Assembly: GCA_963698465.1 (NCBI GenBank)
Contig: CAVOQY010000013.1
Span: 228,559 to 292,558, forward strand
From: an uncultured delta proteobacterium
GTDB taxonomy: Bacteria; Desulfobacterota; Desulfobacteria; Desulfobacterales; UBA2156
Direction: 5' to 3'
Length of the DNA stretch: 64,000 bases
A program made the position numbers and the translations under genes. Below, in pieces: positions 62,480-64,000 of this stretch. The notes beneath the pieces are model-generated. The model was not told the DNA's origin, ran no database searches, and saw only the letters and a list, made by a program, of their open reading frames with translations. The first letter of the stretch is position 1; each line of letters begins with the position of its first letter.

Positions 62480-63268
62480 CTACTTGAAATTTATCGGCTT
62501 TAAAGACACATTGACATGATATAGCATCATCTCTCTTAAAATTGGAATATATCGCAATAATTTTAAACTCATAAAGTAAATGTACCTTTCATAGCTAATA
62601 TCGAATTTACTCATTTCAATAATACGATTAAATTTTTTTAATGACATAAAATTAAGTCCACCTTTGACTTCTATGTATTTTATAGCCCTGTCAGATGTAA
62701 ATAAAGATCGAACTTTCATAACGGTGCTTTCTCTAAAAAATAAATGAATCCAAGGAACTTTGCAAAACATTCCGGTATGCGCGCCATAAAATGAATACCA
62801 AGGCGGTCCAAAGGAAATATATACTGTTCCATTTTTATCGATTAAATCGTAAAAAGTTTGTAAAATTGACTCAGGTTCTGCAAAATGTTCGAAACTATTA
62901 TGAGAAATAATGATATCGAATTTATTATAAATCAGCTTTTCGATATTAGAACAAAAACTGACATTGTTAATCCCCAACCTGTTAGATTCACTCTTAGCTT
63001 TGGCAATCTGATCCTTATCAATATCAATACCAACCACATGCTTACTACCGCTTTTAGCCAAGGCTATTGCCTGAAAACCTTCACCACAGCCATAATCTAA
63101 AACATTTTTATCATGAATATTAACAAGAAAATTTGGATAAAAATCAATTAACTGTGATAACGATTCATCAATATTTCTAGCGATATTAATTCTACCTATA
63201 TCTGTATATCTGCCTAATTCTGGTTTACGAGAAATCCTTTTTAAAATGTTATATCCAATTGATGTCAT
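62480..63268 (-). CDS. Class I SAM-dependent methyltransferase; first gene of the array within the window
   Basis: 262 aa; 'VLDYGCGEGFQAIALAKSG', 'FDIIISHNSFEHF'. Roughly 31% GC by eye. Confidence 0.8.
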   Translation of the reverse strand: MTSIGYNILKRISRKPELGRYTDIGRINIARNIDESLSQLIDFYPNFLVNIHDKNVLDYGCGEGFQAIALAKSGSKHVVGIDIDKDQIAKAKSESNRLGINNVSFCSNIEKLIYNKFDIIISHNSFEHFAEPESILQTFYDLIDKNGTVYISFGPPWYSFYGAHTGMFCKVPWIHLFFRESTVMKVRSLFTSDRAIKYIEVKGGLNFMSLKKFNRIIEMSKFDISYERYIYFMSLKLLRYIPILREMMLYHVNVSLKPINFK

Positions 63269-63397
63269 TCGCTAAACATTTCAAGAAATCAATTTTTGTG
63301 GTTCATCCGGTTTTAGCGTACTTTTAGGTTTGAAAAAAAGTGGACAATCCGGTTTCCTTCTTGGTGAACGCCAATTCAATCAAGGAGGAAAACCCTC

Positions 63398-64000
63398 ATG
63401 TCCACGAGTCTTTTGTATCATGCTTTCGGGATTCACGGCTACCAGTATGTTCGAACGTACTATGAGAAGGGCGCAGTGATCTTCAAGATTCGCCAAGAAA
63501 TCAGCAGGATGCGCTGCCCTGAATGCAACTCCAGGTATTTGATTCGGAAAGGCTATGTCTGGCGACGTTTTCGTACCACTCCCATCGGGAAAAAGACGGT
63601 TTGGATCCTTCTGGCCGTGCAGCGGGTCTATTGCCGGGCTTGTGCCACGTTGCGGCAGGTTCCCATCGGATTCGCCGACCCGCGTCGTACGTATACCCAG
63701 GCTTTCGAGCGTTATGCTTTGGAACTCTCCCGGCACATGACCATCCTGGATACGGCCAAGCATCTGAATGTGAGCTGGGATGTGATCAAAGAGATCCAAA
63801 AACGAAACCTCCAAAAGCGATTTTCAAGGCCCTGCCTGAAAAACCTCAGGCAAATCGCCATCGATGAAATCACCATCGGCAAGGGCCATCGTTACCTCAC
63901 TGTGGTCTTGGACCTGATCAGCGGCGCTGTGTCTTTGTCGGTGAAGGAAGGGGCGTGAAGATGCTGTTGCCCTTCTTTAAACGGCTTCGCCGGTTCAAGT
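63398..64000 (+). mobile_element. ISL3-family transposase gene, 5' part; frameshifted near 63928-63932 and truncated by the window end
   Basis: 'CPECNS..RFRTTPIGKKTVWILLAVQRVYCRAC' (zf-ISL3-like), 'LNVSWDVIKEI' (HTH), 'IAIDEITIGKGHRYLTVVLDLISGAV'. The listed frame stops at 63958. The expected continuation 'VFVGEGRGVKMLLPFFKRL' reads on in another frame. GGAGG RBS upstream. The IS ends are not determinable from this window. Confidence 0.8.

Overview
Nearly the whole 64-kb window is one co-directional minus-strand array of about 40 tightly packed genes, many with overlapping or abutting stop and start codons. They encode synthesis and decoration of a complex surface glycan. Recognisable content:
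- GDP-mannose 4,6-dehydratase plus GDP-L-fucose synthase, two more SDR epimerase/dehydratases, and an AsnB-type amidotransferase.
- At least 12 GT2/GT4 glycosyltransferase domains.
- Four GT-C-type polytopic glycosyltransferases, with two Dpm1/GtrB-like GT2s and two UPF0104 flippase-like proteins.
- Seven SAM-methyltransferase domains, one of them frameshifted.
- An MBOAT gene with SGNH/GNAT acylation genes, and three radical-SAM enzymes.

The items that stand out:
1. A CotH kinase / DUF4956 / VTC-domain triad is translationally wired into the operon.
2. Two giant proteins carry 24 copies of a strict 38-aa repeat, with nucleotide-perfect tandem duplications.
3. One of those giants has a WbdD-like methyltransferase/kinase head and a degenerate GT2 tail.
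4. A module of about 120 aa is shared by six otherwise unrelated proteins, including CotH.
5. A family of double-hairpin REP/MITE-like elements occupies the three largest intergenic gaps. One copy supplies a start codon and one sits in-frame inside a CDS.
6. A low-GC island of about 11 kb lies at the operon head, next to a frameshifted ISL3 transposase.

I saw no rRNA, tRNA or CRISPR array. I also saw no initiating phosphoglycosyltransferase and no Wzx/Wzy/Wzm-Wzt/Wza-type export genes. Long plus-strand ORFs in the track are antisense shadows. All family calls rest on motif recognition by eye and no searches were run.
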